Below, one piece after another: positions 34,878-46,925 of a stretch of DNA of 64,000 bases. The first letter of the stretch is position 1; each line of letters opens with the position of its first letter. The notes under the pieces were generated by a model, which worked only from the letters and a program-made list of their open reading frames with translations, searched no databases and was not told where the DNA came from. The position numbers and the translations under genes were made by a program. The stretch is from Selaginella moellendorffii (lineage: Eukaryota > Plantae > Lycopodiophyta): assembly GCF_000143415.4 (NCBI RefSeq), contig NW_003314315.1, positions 881,991 to 945,990 of the forward strand, given 5' to 3'.

Positions 34878-35984
34878 GGCAAGCGCTTATAAAGCGCCCA
34901 AACAAGAAACTTGAATAGAATTTGCCCTGCGCTTTCGAAAACATTGAGGCACGACTTAGCGAAATATTCCCTTCCAATAGAATGTTCTTACAAAGAATAT
35001 CCATCTTCTTTGATAAGAAAATGCCATCTTCTGGTCGTGAAGGCGGAGGGAGAGGTCGTTTGCAATGCCATCTTGCACGTCAATCTGTTAGATTTATTAA
35101 TTATTGAGGCATCTCTCAGCCCCAATCATGGCTCACTTTTACACTCTAAAGAGCTCAAACACAAAGCAAATAGGGTGGAAACTTAATCTGGTATTTCACC
35201 CTCTTTTCAACACTCACAGAACTTTTGGGGTCACTAGATTTCCTCAGCAGGTGTGTTCGAGCACTGGAATGCACTATAGCACACAAGACACACCAATGGT
35301 GAAACTCTCACCACAGGATATTGCAAGCCTCAAGCCAAACACACAAAGATATGGAAGTTGTTATCATACTTTTAAATATGTTGGTAGACACCTTAGGTGA
35401 GGCCTAGCCTGCCTCATGATTTCTCAACGCTAGCTTACATATTGCCTATGCCATCATCCTCCATACTCACTTGGATCCTAATCACAAATGCCCAATTCCA
35501 AATCCCTCTTGGGCATCATTGAAGATAGCCAAACCCTATACCACAAATTTTGTTGAGCTGGAGCTGGCGGCACTAGCACTGTCTTTGATTGCAAAACAGC
35601 GTTCTTCCTAAGACTGAAATTTCCCAGCCAAGGCTTCACTCAGACGGCCAAAGACGGAGAATTTCTTGCCGTTCTTCCTGAATGGCTCAGCCTGTCTGTC
35701 GCAAACCCCAGCTCATCGCCGGTTTTGTTCTACTCCAAGCTCTCTCAGCTCCAGTTCCTGTCGAGATTGTTCCACAGCAACGACAGGAGGCTCCGCAGTA
35801 GCTTGATGGATCTGCAGAGTGGTATTTCTCAAAGATACATACACAGCATGGCTGCTTGCATTTCTTTTCCTCCCGCCTAGAGTTTACTTAGCAGGCTACG
35901 GGTTGTAGACGCAGACAGTTCCTGAAGGCGGGCGTCCTGAAGTACTTGAAACGAGATGATGCTCCTCTTCCTCGGTCCCTGTTC

Positions 35985-36985
35985 TTACGGGCTGTAGATG
36001 CAGACTGCCTGGACATTGAGGTGGTGCACGCTTGTTGGAAGTTCCAGCCAGGTATGACGCTTGAGATGGAGAGCAACAGGCTTTTCCAGCATCGAGCACG
36101 TCACCGCGCGCATGACTAGCAGATCGCCACCTTGTAGAGGCCAGTCGACCAAGTATGCTGGACACTGTACTGTCTCGTCCTCTGCAAACTGGAACTGGTC
36201 CAGGGTTGCCCACGCTACCGGATTCCAGTGACGCCCGCCGCCTTCTTCTTCCAGCTCCAGCAATACAGTGGCCCCGTCGCACTGGCCAAGCACCATCAGC
36301 TTGTGCCCGTACCGGAACGGATCCACTCTACAGTAAGAGTAGCGGCCTTGAAGACCCTGTGGCAGCGGGAAGTCGTTCCAAGCTTTGGCACCGGGAATTG
36401 GAATTGCAGTCCAGGCCTTAGAGCGAGTATCATAAGCTTGCAACTTGCTACCTGGAAAGATGAGGTCCCCGGTAAGATCAGCCGTCAGTATGCCGCTATT
36501 AGTGGACTCGTTCCAGACTTGGGAGCTCGAGTGCCAAGTATAAACGGTGAAACGTCCAGATCGTATGCGCCTGCAGAGCACGTGAATGCTGAAGTGCTCC
36601 TGGTCGCCTCTCATTTCCAGCTTAACCTGACCCCAGGTGTGCGCCATCACAGGAGAGTTGCTATCGCGCTCTACGGCGGCCATGTTGAGAGCGGGGAGCT
36701 CATGTTGAAATCCGGTGCGAGGATTGCAAACGGCCACCCGCAACTTCCATCGGTAGAGCGAGTCAGACAAGATGTCGTTCCTGTCACACAGCATGCCCGA
36801 GGATGAGGCCATAGGAATGAAGCCCCGCGGCAACAGCCTGTTTGACACCACTCCTACCAGCTGCTCCTCTGGATACCAGGCCAGCACGGGCGGCTGCTCT
36901 TCCTCTTCCTCGGCTTAGCGCCGTCCGCCATGCTGCTCTTCCTCTTCCTCGGCTTAGCGCCGTCCGCCGTGCTGCTCCTCTTCAT
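35985..36985 (-). pseudogene. F-box-associated/kelch-like ORF lacking an F-box and an in-frame upstream ATG
   Basis: MASSSGMLC...VAVCNPRTG...ELP resembles the post-F-box region of plant F-box proteins. The ATG at 36985 is in another frame and stops after 43 codons. Confidence 0.45.
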
Positions 36986-37299
36986 TGCCAACCCTAAGGG
37001 AATGGCCCTTCATTTATACCTAGTGTTGCCATAAATAATTATATTACCCGGGGGACAATTGGAATCAAATTTGATACCAAATAGAATGAAGTTCAAGCTC
37101 AGACATTGGAATACCACCTAGCCACCATGGCTTTCACAATCTTGCTTTGAACTCATTCGCTTTCACTAGAATACTCTGCAAACCATTATAAACATGAAAA
37201 ACGTGTGAAGTACTCACCATAGTTCGCACTACTGAAACACTTATCATCCATTGCCTCGATATCCTCCCTTGGCTCCACATCGAAAAGCTGATCATAATA

Positions 37300-37905
37300 A
37301 GCGCTTGTACTCTCAGGAAAGTGTCCAGTCCTCTCTCATCCTTTCTCCATTGCTTGGTTTCTGGCTGCCAAGTTAGCTATCTGTCACCCGCAGCATTAAA
37401 AGATCACAACAAAACTTGCCTCACCTCACTGACAGCCATCTCAATCCATTCCCAGTTTGCTCGAACTTTTGCGCTACTATGGTCGATCGAGTTGGCTTGG
37501 CCGCAGGAGTGGCTTTCATCGCTCCTTCCGCTCAAACTCATCAGATTTTTTCCCCAACCTCAGCCACCAGATAAGTCATTGCCTGGGCAGATGCTCTAAA
37601 GCGACGCAAAGTGAATAGAGTCCCTAGAACGAAAGGCATGCTGCTCAGAGAATACCTCGAGATAAAGGGACGAGCTTGCGAGCTGTGCTTACAGCTTTGT
37701 ACACTGCCAGCTCGTCGTTTCCGTCAACTCTGATGCTTGTCATGCAATAGCCTCGGCCTCTCACCGCTATTCCATTGCCTGGAGCATTCAAGAAGTTGTC
37801 AAGCAAACTAGATGGATAGAGTGCTTGCCTTTGTAATGCGCGAATGAACACGTGAGCGCTCTTCTTGACCTCAATAGTAGGATCTGTCTGGTCCACCTGG
37901 CATGC
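37300..37905 (-). pseudogene. Decayed fragment of branched-chain alpha-keto acid dehydrogenase E1 alpha
   Basis: GIAVRGRGYCMTSIRVDGNDELAVYKAVSTAR matches the E1-alpha IRVDGND motif. Flanking sequence is disrupted and the boundaries are approximate. Confidence 0.65.
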
Positions 37906-38099
37906 AAGAAGTGGAAAACAAGAATATAAGAAAAAAAAAAAAGAAGTAAATAAACATACTTGCAGAAGTAACCGTTCTCTGAAACAGCGGTCTCGCTGCT
38001 ACTTGCGAGCAGGAAAACCAGCCTTTGCTAGCTTTCGATCCTGGTAGCGTTCTTCTAAAAAACCACCAGTCACTACTAACCCTCTAAAGAATGAGGTTG

Positions 38100-38277
38100 A
38101 TAGACAGTGGTGGAGACACCAATGTCTTTTAGAAGGTTCACGATGCCTTTTGAGGCCATCATGGATTCTGGGGCTCTAAATCTCCAGAAAAGGACGACCA
38201 GAGGAAGGAGGAAAGTGGACAAGCCGAACCTGCTCATGATCAAGTTGCTGCTGCTGTTGCAGACGTATCTTTAAAGG
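38100..38277 (+). repeat. ~175 bp dispersed direct repeat (second copy 46379-46551)
   Basis: TAGACAGTGGTGGAGA...GGACGACCAGAGGAAGGAGGAAAGTGGACAAGCCGAAC...GACGTATCTTTAAAGG occurs at both sites. Confidence 0.9.
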
Positions 38278-38379
38278 ACTCGTTTATTTTGTTAGGATGA
38301 CCACGGGAATCTCTTGGTGACTGAGTTTAACTATCAAGTCTTGTCGATTCAAGAAATGCCACAGCTTCCGTGCTCTGTG

Positions 38380-40200
38380 GATGTTATAGTAGAGGATGAT
38401 CTTGTCGATGTTTGCAAGCCAGGTGAGCTTGTTTCTATCATCTAATCTAAAGGCAAATCTAAAGGGAGCATCAACGGTGTTTTCAGGTGAGACTCTCCAG
38501 CTGACAAAGCTGCTTATGCTCCACAAATGAAGATCTCAAAAACATTCGAACCATTGGAAACAGGGAGGATTCGTTTAATTCACTTGCGGAGTCGCTTGCA
38601 CCTTCAACATGTGGTCATTCCCTGATCAAGAAAGCCATGCTTCTTTTGCTTATCGGTGGACTGGATCTAGAAATGGCACGCATACGTGGGTGAGCATCTC
38701 GTACGGAACGCTATATAGTTTCTCTAAGGTTATTTTGTTGCAGTGACATCAGTGTCCTCCTGGTTGGGGACCCTTGTTACAAGCAATTATGAGCATTGCA
38801 CCATTTGCAATTTCTACTACTGGCCAAGGATCGTCTCAGCTGCTGTAACATCCGATCAAGAGACTGGTAGGCCTTTTTAATGTTTTCTCAAAACTTGTGG
38901 CTTGACTCTTTTCATCCTCAGGTGAAAGACGCCTTGAAGCAGGAGCAATGATGCTGGCGGAAGGTCCGTGGTCTGTATAGACGAGTTTGACAAACTGAGC
39001 GACTTTCAGCGCGTTGCCATTAAGGTATGGAACAACAAACAGTCACGATAGCCAAGGCTCGTTGCAGTGTCGTGGCTGCAGCGAATCCTATCTATGGAAC
39101 TGTAAGTCTTGAACGCAATACTGCAGTATGATCGATCACTTACTCCTACAAATACTATCGGGCTTCCGGACTCTACTGTCACGATTCGACTTATTGTTTA
39201 TTGTGCTTGATCAAATGGATGCAGATAGTGACTGCCAAATTTCTGAGCAATGCACCGTTTTCGAGCACCCGGCGAAGGCGGAGGTAAATAGCGAGGCCAG
39301 TATTTTTTGGAATAATGACGATGGCTTTTCAGGTCTGCCAGGCGGTGCTGCAAGAAGTGTCGAGGATGATGAGCATGAACTAGGGACTACGATATTTGTG
39401 AAGTATAATCGTTTCCTGCACGGGGCAAACAAGTTTTTGAAGTTCAAAAATTCTGCCAAGACTCACGAACCAAAGCTAACTGAATGAAGAGGTAAGTCTC
39501 TCCCTCTGGCGTCGTTGGTACTTTGATTCGCATGCTTTGCAGGCCTTACGCAATTATGCGAATTCGTAGTTCTGACTTACGTGAATAACTGGGTTCACTC
39601 TCCCATGTTTTCTCCAGATATGAGGCACTTTGCCAAGCACGCTTGAGACCATGATACGTCTTTGAACAGCACACTCAAAGCTCAAGTCAAGTATGGTGTT
39701 TATTCCTCACGAATGACATGATAACTTCGTGTCTCTTTTTTGCAGGTGCTGAAGGAGGACTTGAAAGCAGCTCTAAGAGTAATGAGATTTGCTACATATG
39801 ACGAAGAGCTAAACGAGATGGAAAAGCGAGAGAGGAACGAAAACAGGATGCGGAACAGAAAACCCCCAGGTACACAGAGGTATGTTTGATCAGTCCTTAT
39901 CTGCTCTTTTGCAGGTGGCACAGCTGAGCCTCCAATAACAAGGTCCATTTTATTCACATTTAGGAGTATTATTATCAGTGCCGAACTATTCTTTTCCCAG
40001 TGATTGGAGACGCCGCAGACACTCCTCAAAGCGTTCAAGCTCTAGAAGATGTCACGGTGTCACAATTCTCAAAGATGGTTCGTTTGAAAGGTTGTTGTTT
40101 ATCTTTGTTTCCAGGATTGACGAGTTTAATCCCAAACTAGGACAACATCTCCAGTTCAATTGATTGGAGTGCATGGCACCATTCTCACCCGAGGAGTTGC
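38380..40200 (+). pseudogene. MCM3: MCM3 helicase subunit pseudogene (unprocessed, many indels)
   Basis: SLAPS..GHSLIKKA, LLVGDP, TSDQETGERRLEAGAM, CIDEFDK, CSVVAAANPIYG and LLSRFDLLFIVLDQMD appear in shifting frames with introns retained. The rest of the Walker A motif is deleted. Confidence 0.85.
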
Positions 40201-40619
40201 TCGGGAAATTAGAAAATCTAGGAAGAATATTCTAGAGAATATTCGTCAAAAGGTTCTCTGTAATATTCTCTAGAATGTTCTTTAAAATATTCACATCCCC
40301 AACACCACTTTAAATCCCATCAACACCTTTTTTATTAGGTGAACACCATGAGGAAGATGCAGGATTTGGTACTCCAGGGGGATGCATTGGTGATGCATCC
40401 AGAGCGCTAGGCACAAGCTCGGAGCCTGAGGCAGGCAAGAGTAGTAGCCAATCGGCGGGTGAGAGCAGCCAGTCATGCTCAACCTGGGAATTCCAGGGCA
40501 AGTCTCCAGCCCCAGGCTGCCAATCCTCCGGTGCTAGCAGCAACAATGGCAGAAGTGCCCTTTGGCTTGGCAGCAGTGGTGGGAACAGGGAACGTGGCAA
40601 ACTTGGCAATAGTGCTTCT

Positions 40620-41340
40620 TGGCTCTTGTGATCCTACCACTCCCACTGAGGGATGATCTGAGTGGAAGAAGATTAACTTTAGCTTTTATGATCTTGCCAT
40701 TCTCACTGATGGATGATCTGGGTAGAAGAAAAGTGTTTTTGGCCCTTGTGAGATTCTGCTATTCCCATTGATGGATGATCTAGGTGGAAGAAGAGTGTTT
40801 TTGGCTTTTGTGATCCTACCACTCCCACTAATAGATGATCTGGCTAGAAGAAGAATGTCACAAAGGAATCAACAGCACTACTGCTATGGCTGCCAAGGAG
40901 GCTAGAAGTCCTTCTAGAGGAATTCCGACAGTGACAATGGCTATGACATGAGCGACAAAAACAAGTTGAGTGGGGGAGAGAAACTATGAGAGATCCAAGT
41001 ACCTAGGTTGTAGCTTCTACTGCGCCCCATGCTGCCATAGCTTGGGCAGATAGAGCTTGAGCAGCCAAATATGCTGCCGGACATCCTACCACGGAGTGTC
41101 TTCTGCTAGTGACACTGCAAAAGCCCTTTGTGCAAAAGCCATTGCTTCCACTGTCATGCCCCTTGCTTTCGCCCAGATCATCCATCAGTGGGAGTGGCGG
41201 GATCACAAGAGCTAGAGGCACTCTTTTTCCACCCAGATCATCTATCAATGGCAATGGTAGGATCATAAGAGCTAGAGGCACTTTTCTTCAACTCAGATCA
41301 TTCATCAGTGGCAATGTCGGGATCACAAGAGCCAAAGGCA
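40620..41340. repeat. 60-bp tandem unit: 4 copies at 40620-40860 and 3 inverted copies at 41171-41340
   Basis: Unit TGGCTCTTGTGATCCTACCACTCCCACTGATGGATGATCTGGGTAGAAGAA.. versus CCCAGATCATCCATCAGTGGGAGTGGCGGGATCACAAGAGC. Confidence 0.9.
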
Positions 41341-41779
41341 CCTGGTCCAATTTCAAGCAACAGTATGCAGAACCCTACAAGCTGTGGGGTGAATTGTGTG
41401 GGAGCGTGGCCAAAGAAGGCTGAAAAGGCTGAAGGAACGTCTCCAGGTGGCAATGGATACAATGCTGATGGAGCGTCTAGTGATTGGCCACAACTTGACA
41501 TCCCCATCCCCCCCTGTCCTATTGCCATCGATTCCCTTCCAGAGATCCCCAGCTTTGGAGCTGAATCTGACGATCTCCTTGAGCTCCTGGAGTAGACAGA
41601 AATTATACGATTCGTTCATTGTCTTCTCGTGTGTTCTTCTGCTCCTTGTCTTTGCCGTTCGCATTAGAATGTTGCCCGTGAAGATAAGCACTGTGTGTTC
41701 TTCAAATTCGTTTCCAGAGAAACCATCCAAGCTTATGGCTCTCGACAGTGCAGCGAGGAGCTTTATTGCGAGAGAGCGG

Positions 41780-42286
41780 ACTTGAGCTCCCTAGGCCAGC
41801 CCCCGGAGCTTTTCGGTGACGCTTTCGGGCCAGACGCTCATTCATCGCTGACGATCCACCTTGTCCAGAGCCGGATCTTGTGCTGGGATCAAGTCCTCAC
41901 TCGGATGGCATGGGAATCACCTTACTGCTCCAGGATGAGGTAGAGGGTCTCCAGATAAGAAAGAATGGCGAGTGGAAGCCTGTGAACTCCATGCCAGATG
42001 CATTCGTCGTCAACATTGGAGATAGGTAACTTAGAGAGTACCTTGCCTTTCCATCTTTCAAGTTGCCGTGGTGTCGCAAGTGATGAGCAATGGAATAGAT
42101 AAGAGTGTGGAGCACCGAGTAACCTCCGGAGGTGCACGAATATCGGCGGCTTTCTTCTTTTCACCCGGCTTTGAAGCGGTTCTCAAGCCCTTGGTGCCGG
42201 ACGAAAAGCCTCTCCTCAGGGAGCTTACTTTCGGGGAGTTTATCGCCGCGTATATGGGCAATGCGCTCAACGCAGAAGAACTATGA
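41780..42286 (+). pseudogene. 3' fragment of a 2-oxoglutarate/Fe(II) dioxygenase
   Basis: [28 protein letters not shown] and MSNGIDKSVEHRV..RISAAFF. The HxD region is degenerate and there is no N-terminal half. Confidence 0.75.
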
Positions 42287-42398
42287 AAAGCAGTGCCGCA
42301 TACCTATATGTCTAGACCACTTTTGAGGTCAAAAGTCGTCAACAAGGTCAAACAAAAACTGTTCATCATTCACATTTGAGATGAAATATCCATATTGT

Positions 42399-44501
42399 TT
42401 AAATTAATCCTTTGAAAATTGCATATGCTATAATATATGCTGAGAGCCTGTCATAATCCCCTCTGAATATCTTGCCCATTTTAAACCATAAATCTCTGTG
42501 TTCCTGATCATAATATATACCACCTGCTGCAATCGCCTTGACCACGGCATCGCCTATTTCATCAGCGCTGGCTCCCAAGGCCCTCTGTACGTTGGGAGAG
42601 TTTACCAGCTTCTCAAGAGCTAGACATCTCTTCCTCGTCCCATCTGATGCAATAAAAATGCCCCTCTTGTTCCGATATGTATCACGATTTCCGTGACTAT
42701 TTAGAGCTAAGGTGCCTGCAAAAACAGCTTTGGTAAATACTTCCAGCATCCAAATATAATTCATGTCACTCACACTCTTCTGTCCACGTTTTGCGATCAA
42801 TGTCTAGAGTCAAGCGATCCTCAAATATCAGCTGCGCAAAACAACACACAAGAGAAAAGGAAACAAATCAGAAACACACTCCAACGAAAAAACCAAAGAG
42901 AGTGTGCGTACGTGAACAATGTAGACTATCATGGCACCCAACGGCACCTCGTCTCTCAGTTGCTTTGGGCCGCCGTCAAAGTAATGCTCCGGAACTCTGT
43001 ACTCGAAGTTGAAGACTAAAATCAGCCCTCTCCACGCCAGCTCCCTTATTTCTCCCAGCTCGGATTGCGAGCAAGGGACCCCATCCGGCTCCCACTGCGC
43101 GTTCCTGCACAGCTGCACGAAATGGCCGCTAAAATCCTTGCCGAAAACGGCAGCGGCGGCACGGTAGAGCTGGCGCTCGTCGCTGCTTCCCACTGCCACC
43201 GACTGTGCGTGCTCCACGATCGACTTGCCCGTGGAGCACAGCGTCTGGAGCTCGGCATGGTCGCGCTGCCCCTTCTTCGTCAGTGTCCAAGTGTAGATCA
43301 GACGGCCAATTTGCAAACTTGCATCCGTAAAGTCCATAACGTATGGAACCTCGCGAGGCCTGTGCTGGTAAACGAGCGACCTCCTTTGAACCCAGCGCTC
43401 CAGAGTTACAAGAAGGCTTTTGTCCCACTCGAATGTGGGAGTCACTCCTTCCACCACCTCCTGCCAAGAAAAAGTAAAAGAAAAGAAAAGAATAAGAAGC
43501 CTGTTGAGTCTCATCTGTGTTTTGCAAGTCGAGCTAAGGATCTTACCTCCAACACCTGACGGACGCCGGCGGTGAGGTCGATTGACTGCCACTCTACCAT
43601 CGGGAGTTCCTTGAAGCAAACGTTATAGACCCTGTCGATGTTCTCCTTGGGTGGCAGATAGAAATCCTTAAACCTGTATGCGTGCACTGTGTCTAGGAAG
43701 AAGAGCAAGAGGTTGCCCAGGTGCCCCCCGCCGCCGGCTTTGGCTTGAGCTTCGAAAGCGTCGAGCCATTCGAACGGCTGCTTGTTTGCTTGGATCTGGA
43801 GCTGCAGCCACGCCAAGAAGAGCACGCAAAGTTCCTGGCTCACTTCAAACAGGCGCATGGCATCCACAAGACATGTTCGCGTCGAGAAAGTAGAGGGAAC
43901 TCTAGACATGAGCGACACAAGATCTGCACAGACGACTGGTTAGAAGTGAAAAGGAAAAGAGACAAGCCATACATGTAATTCCTTCCGCCGAAGACATCGC
44001 TTCAGTGGCTGGCGTCTGAATGTCTCTCGCCTTGAGCTGCACAAAAAAAGAAGCTCTTTTACCGGTTTGCCACAAGAAATCTCGAGAACTCACCTGTTCA
44101 AGCTTCTGTACAGCGTAGTGGCAAGGGAGTACGAAGGACAGTAGCTTCCGGCCACCGTAACGTTGCTGGTTGGAGCAACCTCGCTGGCGCGTGAAATAGT
44201 CGGCAGCGATGAAGAGGTGCAAGAAAACCTCCGGGACGGGAACCCGGAGGACGTGGGCGACTGCCACAGTCCAGATCTTCCACTTGAGCTCCGACACAGT
44301 CGACTCATTTATAGCGTAGAACCACGACGCTCCTGGTGAATAATCCAGCTCCAGCCCAAAGCGCTGGAATGACCCTGCCACCACTCCCAGCAATCTAGTA
44401 CCTATGCTGCTTTGGAACCAATCGGCCACGATCAGACCCACGCGCGGATCCCATCCCACCGCTGGAGTCATTTCCTCTGCCTGAGTCCATCCCGCATCCA
44501 T
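42399..44501 (-). CDS. Uncharacterised 590-aa protein, 6 exons (44501-44094, 44036-43973, 43923-43547, 43460-42912, 42831-42774, 42715-42399)
   Basis: Five short canonical GT-AG introns are all phase-compatible and give an open 1773-nt CDS. No family recognised. Confidence 0.72.
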
Positions 44502-46925
44502 TAGTCCTACAGGTACTCTGCATTCAAAGGTGTATTTATTGTAGTTTTCACTGAGGAATATTAAAGGAATATTGCACTAGGAATATTCAACTTATCGCAA
44601 GCATATTCCTATGGACGGATCTTTTGAAAGATCCTAACTCCCCTTACTAAATGTGGTATATATTCTCTTTTGAGAATATTATTTAGGAATATGCTTTTGA
44701 TATAAAAGGGTGGTGATTTTTCCAATCAAATTAAGGCGATTGTGCACATAGTCTTTTTTGCTCTGTGTGCTTCCCTGCAAGCTGGGAAAAACACCAAGCC
44801 TCCTCTCTCCTTTTGTGTTCTTAAAGAGCACCATTATTCCCCTCTTATTTCTTTTAGGTATATCACACATAGAGTGCCATTTATCAACACTTTTGGTCTT
44901 CTAAAAGTAACCATTCCTTAAGCTGCAGCTGGGAAGCTCAGCAACATCTTCATATGCACAAAACTCATATGTCATTGGGGAAATCCAAGATAAGTTTGAT
45001 AATTCTCATAGTAAAGCTGTAAGATTGGAATATTTTTTTAAATTTTCTTTTATAGATTTTTCTGTATGGCAGTTGCTCTCATATTTAAAGAAAAATTGGC
45101 AGTGATAAGTATTATAAAGCAGAGTAAAGCAAATTGCTAACTGACATCGCTAAATATATGAATTCTTATCATAATTTTTCTTTTCTCTCTTGGGAGGATT
45201 TTTGGAAATGACATCATGTAACACAATGATTGTGAAAAATGAGTATCCTTTATAAGGCAGGCTTGCTCAAGGAATATTTAACCATAACCAGGATAATTGG
45301 GCTTTTTTCCTCAAGTTGCATCGGGCTCCAAGTCATGGCAAATGAGTTTTTTTTCATTTCGATCCATAGAGCCATTCTTACTGCATGTTTCCATTGGATC
45401 TAGGTGACAAGAAACAGAAATTATCATTTACTATTGCTCAAAAGATAGGTAGATACTCAAACTTACATTAAATCATCTGAAATACTTGAATTGTGTGAAA
45501 CACACAACTTTGGATCATCAATTAAACTTTCTGTAGGAAATAGTGATCAAGTTTAGCACTTGCTTGCACTTAAAAGAGTTGGAATTGCTTCAAAGCTAAA
45601 ACAAGATGACAAGACAACACTTTCCAAGACTCTAATGAAGCAAATCTGAGTTTCAAATTCATGTCAAAAATGGTAGTAAGCTCTATGAGCTCAACAGGGA
45701 GAAGCTTTCAATATTCAAAAGATTATTTCATTTGTAGTCATTATCTGTTTTGTGTCTTAGGATGTTATAGTTACTTCAATCTGTTTCTATGTAAGTTCAT
45801 TAGATGCTCTACATTGTAAAAAGATGTGAAAAGATTTTGTTCAGAATAGAAGTAATGTCACCAGGAAGATGATAAGTTTAATTAGCAAAAGAGGCATCAC
45901 AAGGAAGAAAAAGATATTTGTTATAGCAAGGAAGCTATATTGTTCTGGTGACAAACACAGTAGCAAAAACTGAAAGGTCATAGACCCTAAACCTGAAGGA
46001 AAAAAATTGATACAAATTAGCTTGAACAACTATTAAATAAACTTTATATAGTTTCGCTAGTCATCTTCCTTACAACAGGAATGGCATTTTGTATGTCATG
46101 TAAATATTTCTTTGGTGAAATGGCTGTAAAAGACATAGTTTTGTATGTTGAGAGTGGCCCTGTGCCACGTGGCTAGTCCACGCGAGTCTTCACCGGTTCA
46201 CCATGTCACACATATGTACATTTTCCATTCCATATCTGCTATGACGGATCTTGAGCACCATCACACGGTTTCACCTTTCGTTAGATGGTATCGGAGCAAT
46301 GCCTGGGAGAGCGAGAAGAATTCGAAACCGTAGGATCAGGGCGACACTTGCTAGGGTGAATTGGAGCCTCCGTCTACGTAGACAGTGGTGGAGATACCGA
46401 TGTCTTTTAGAAGATTCACGATGCCTTTCGAGGCCATCGTGGATTCTGGGGGTCTAAATGCCCAGAAAAGGACGACCAGAGGAAGGAGGAAAGTGGACAA
46501 GCCGAACTTGCTCACGATCAAGCTGCTGCTGCTGCTGACGTATCTTTAAAGGCTGGAGAATTACATGTCAAGCCTGATGATCACCAGATGTCAGTAAATG
46601 CAAACAAGGCCAGGAAGAAGTTAAACTGGAAGATGCTGACCTTCTAGCGAGGAAGCTGTGCCAGAGGTAGAAGCAGTGGCTACTCCTGTAAGACAAGATG
46701 GTGCTGTTAGACATACGTGCATCTACAAATGTCTGTTTGCATGACAAACGAATTCCTGGCTCAATTCTTCTCATTGCCGCCTTGAGAAGCTCGTTGAACA
46801 GCAAAATGGCGTGCAAGTCATTGGGATCCAGATCACTTCACCGTGTCAGGATGGAGTACCAATGGCGGCAAGTTGTGTGGACTACAGATGATGTTTAAAC
46901 AAGAAACTCCAATAGAAGTTGCCTT

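Noticed and set aside
44600-46130. Possible exons in AT-rich DNA (also 47860-48720)
   Set aside because: Splice-like signals are present, but I could not build a consistent frame or recognise a product.
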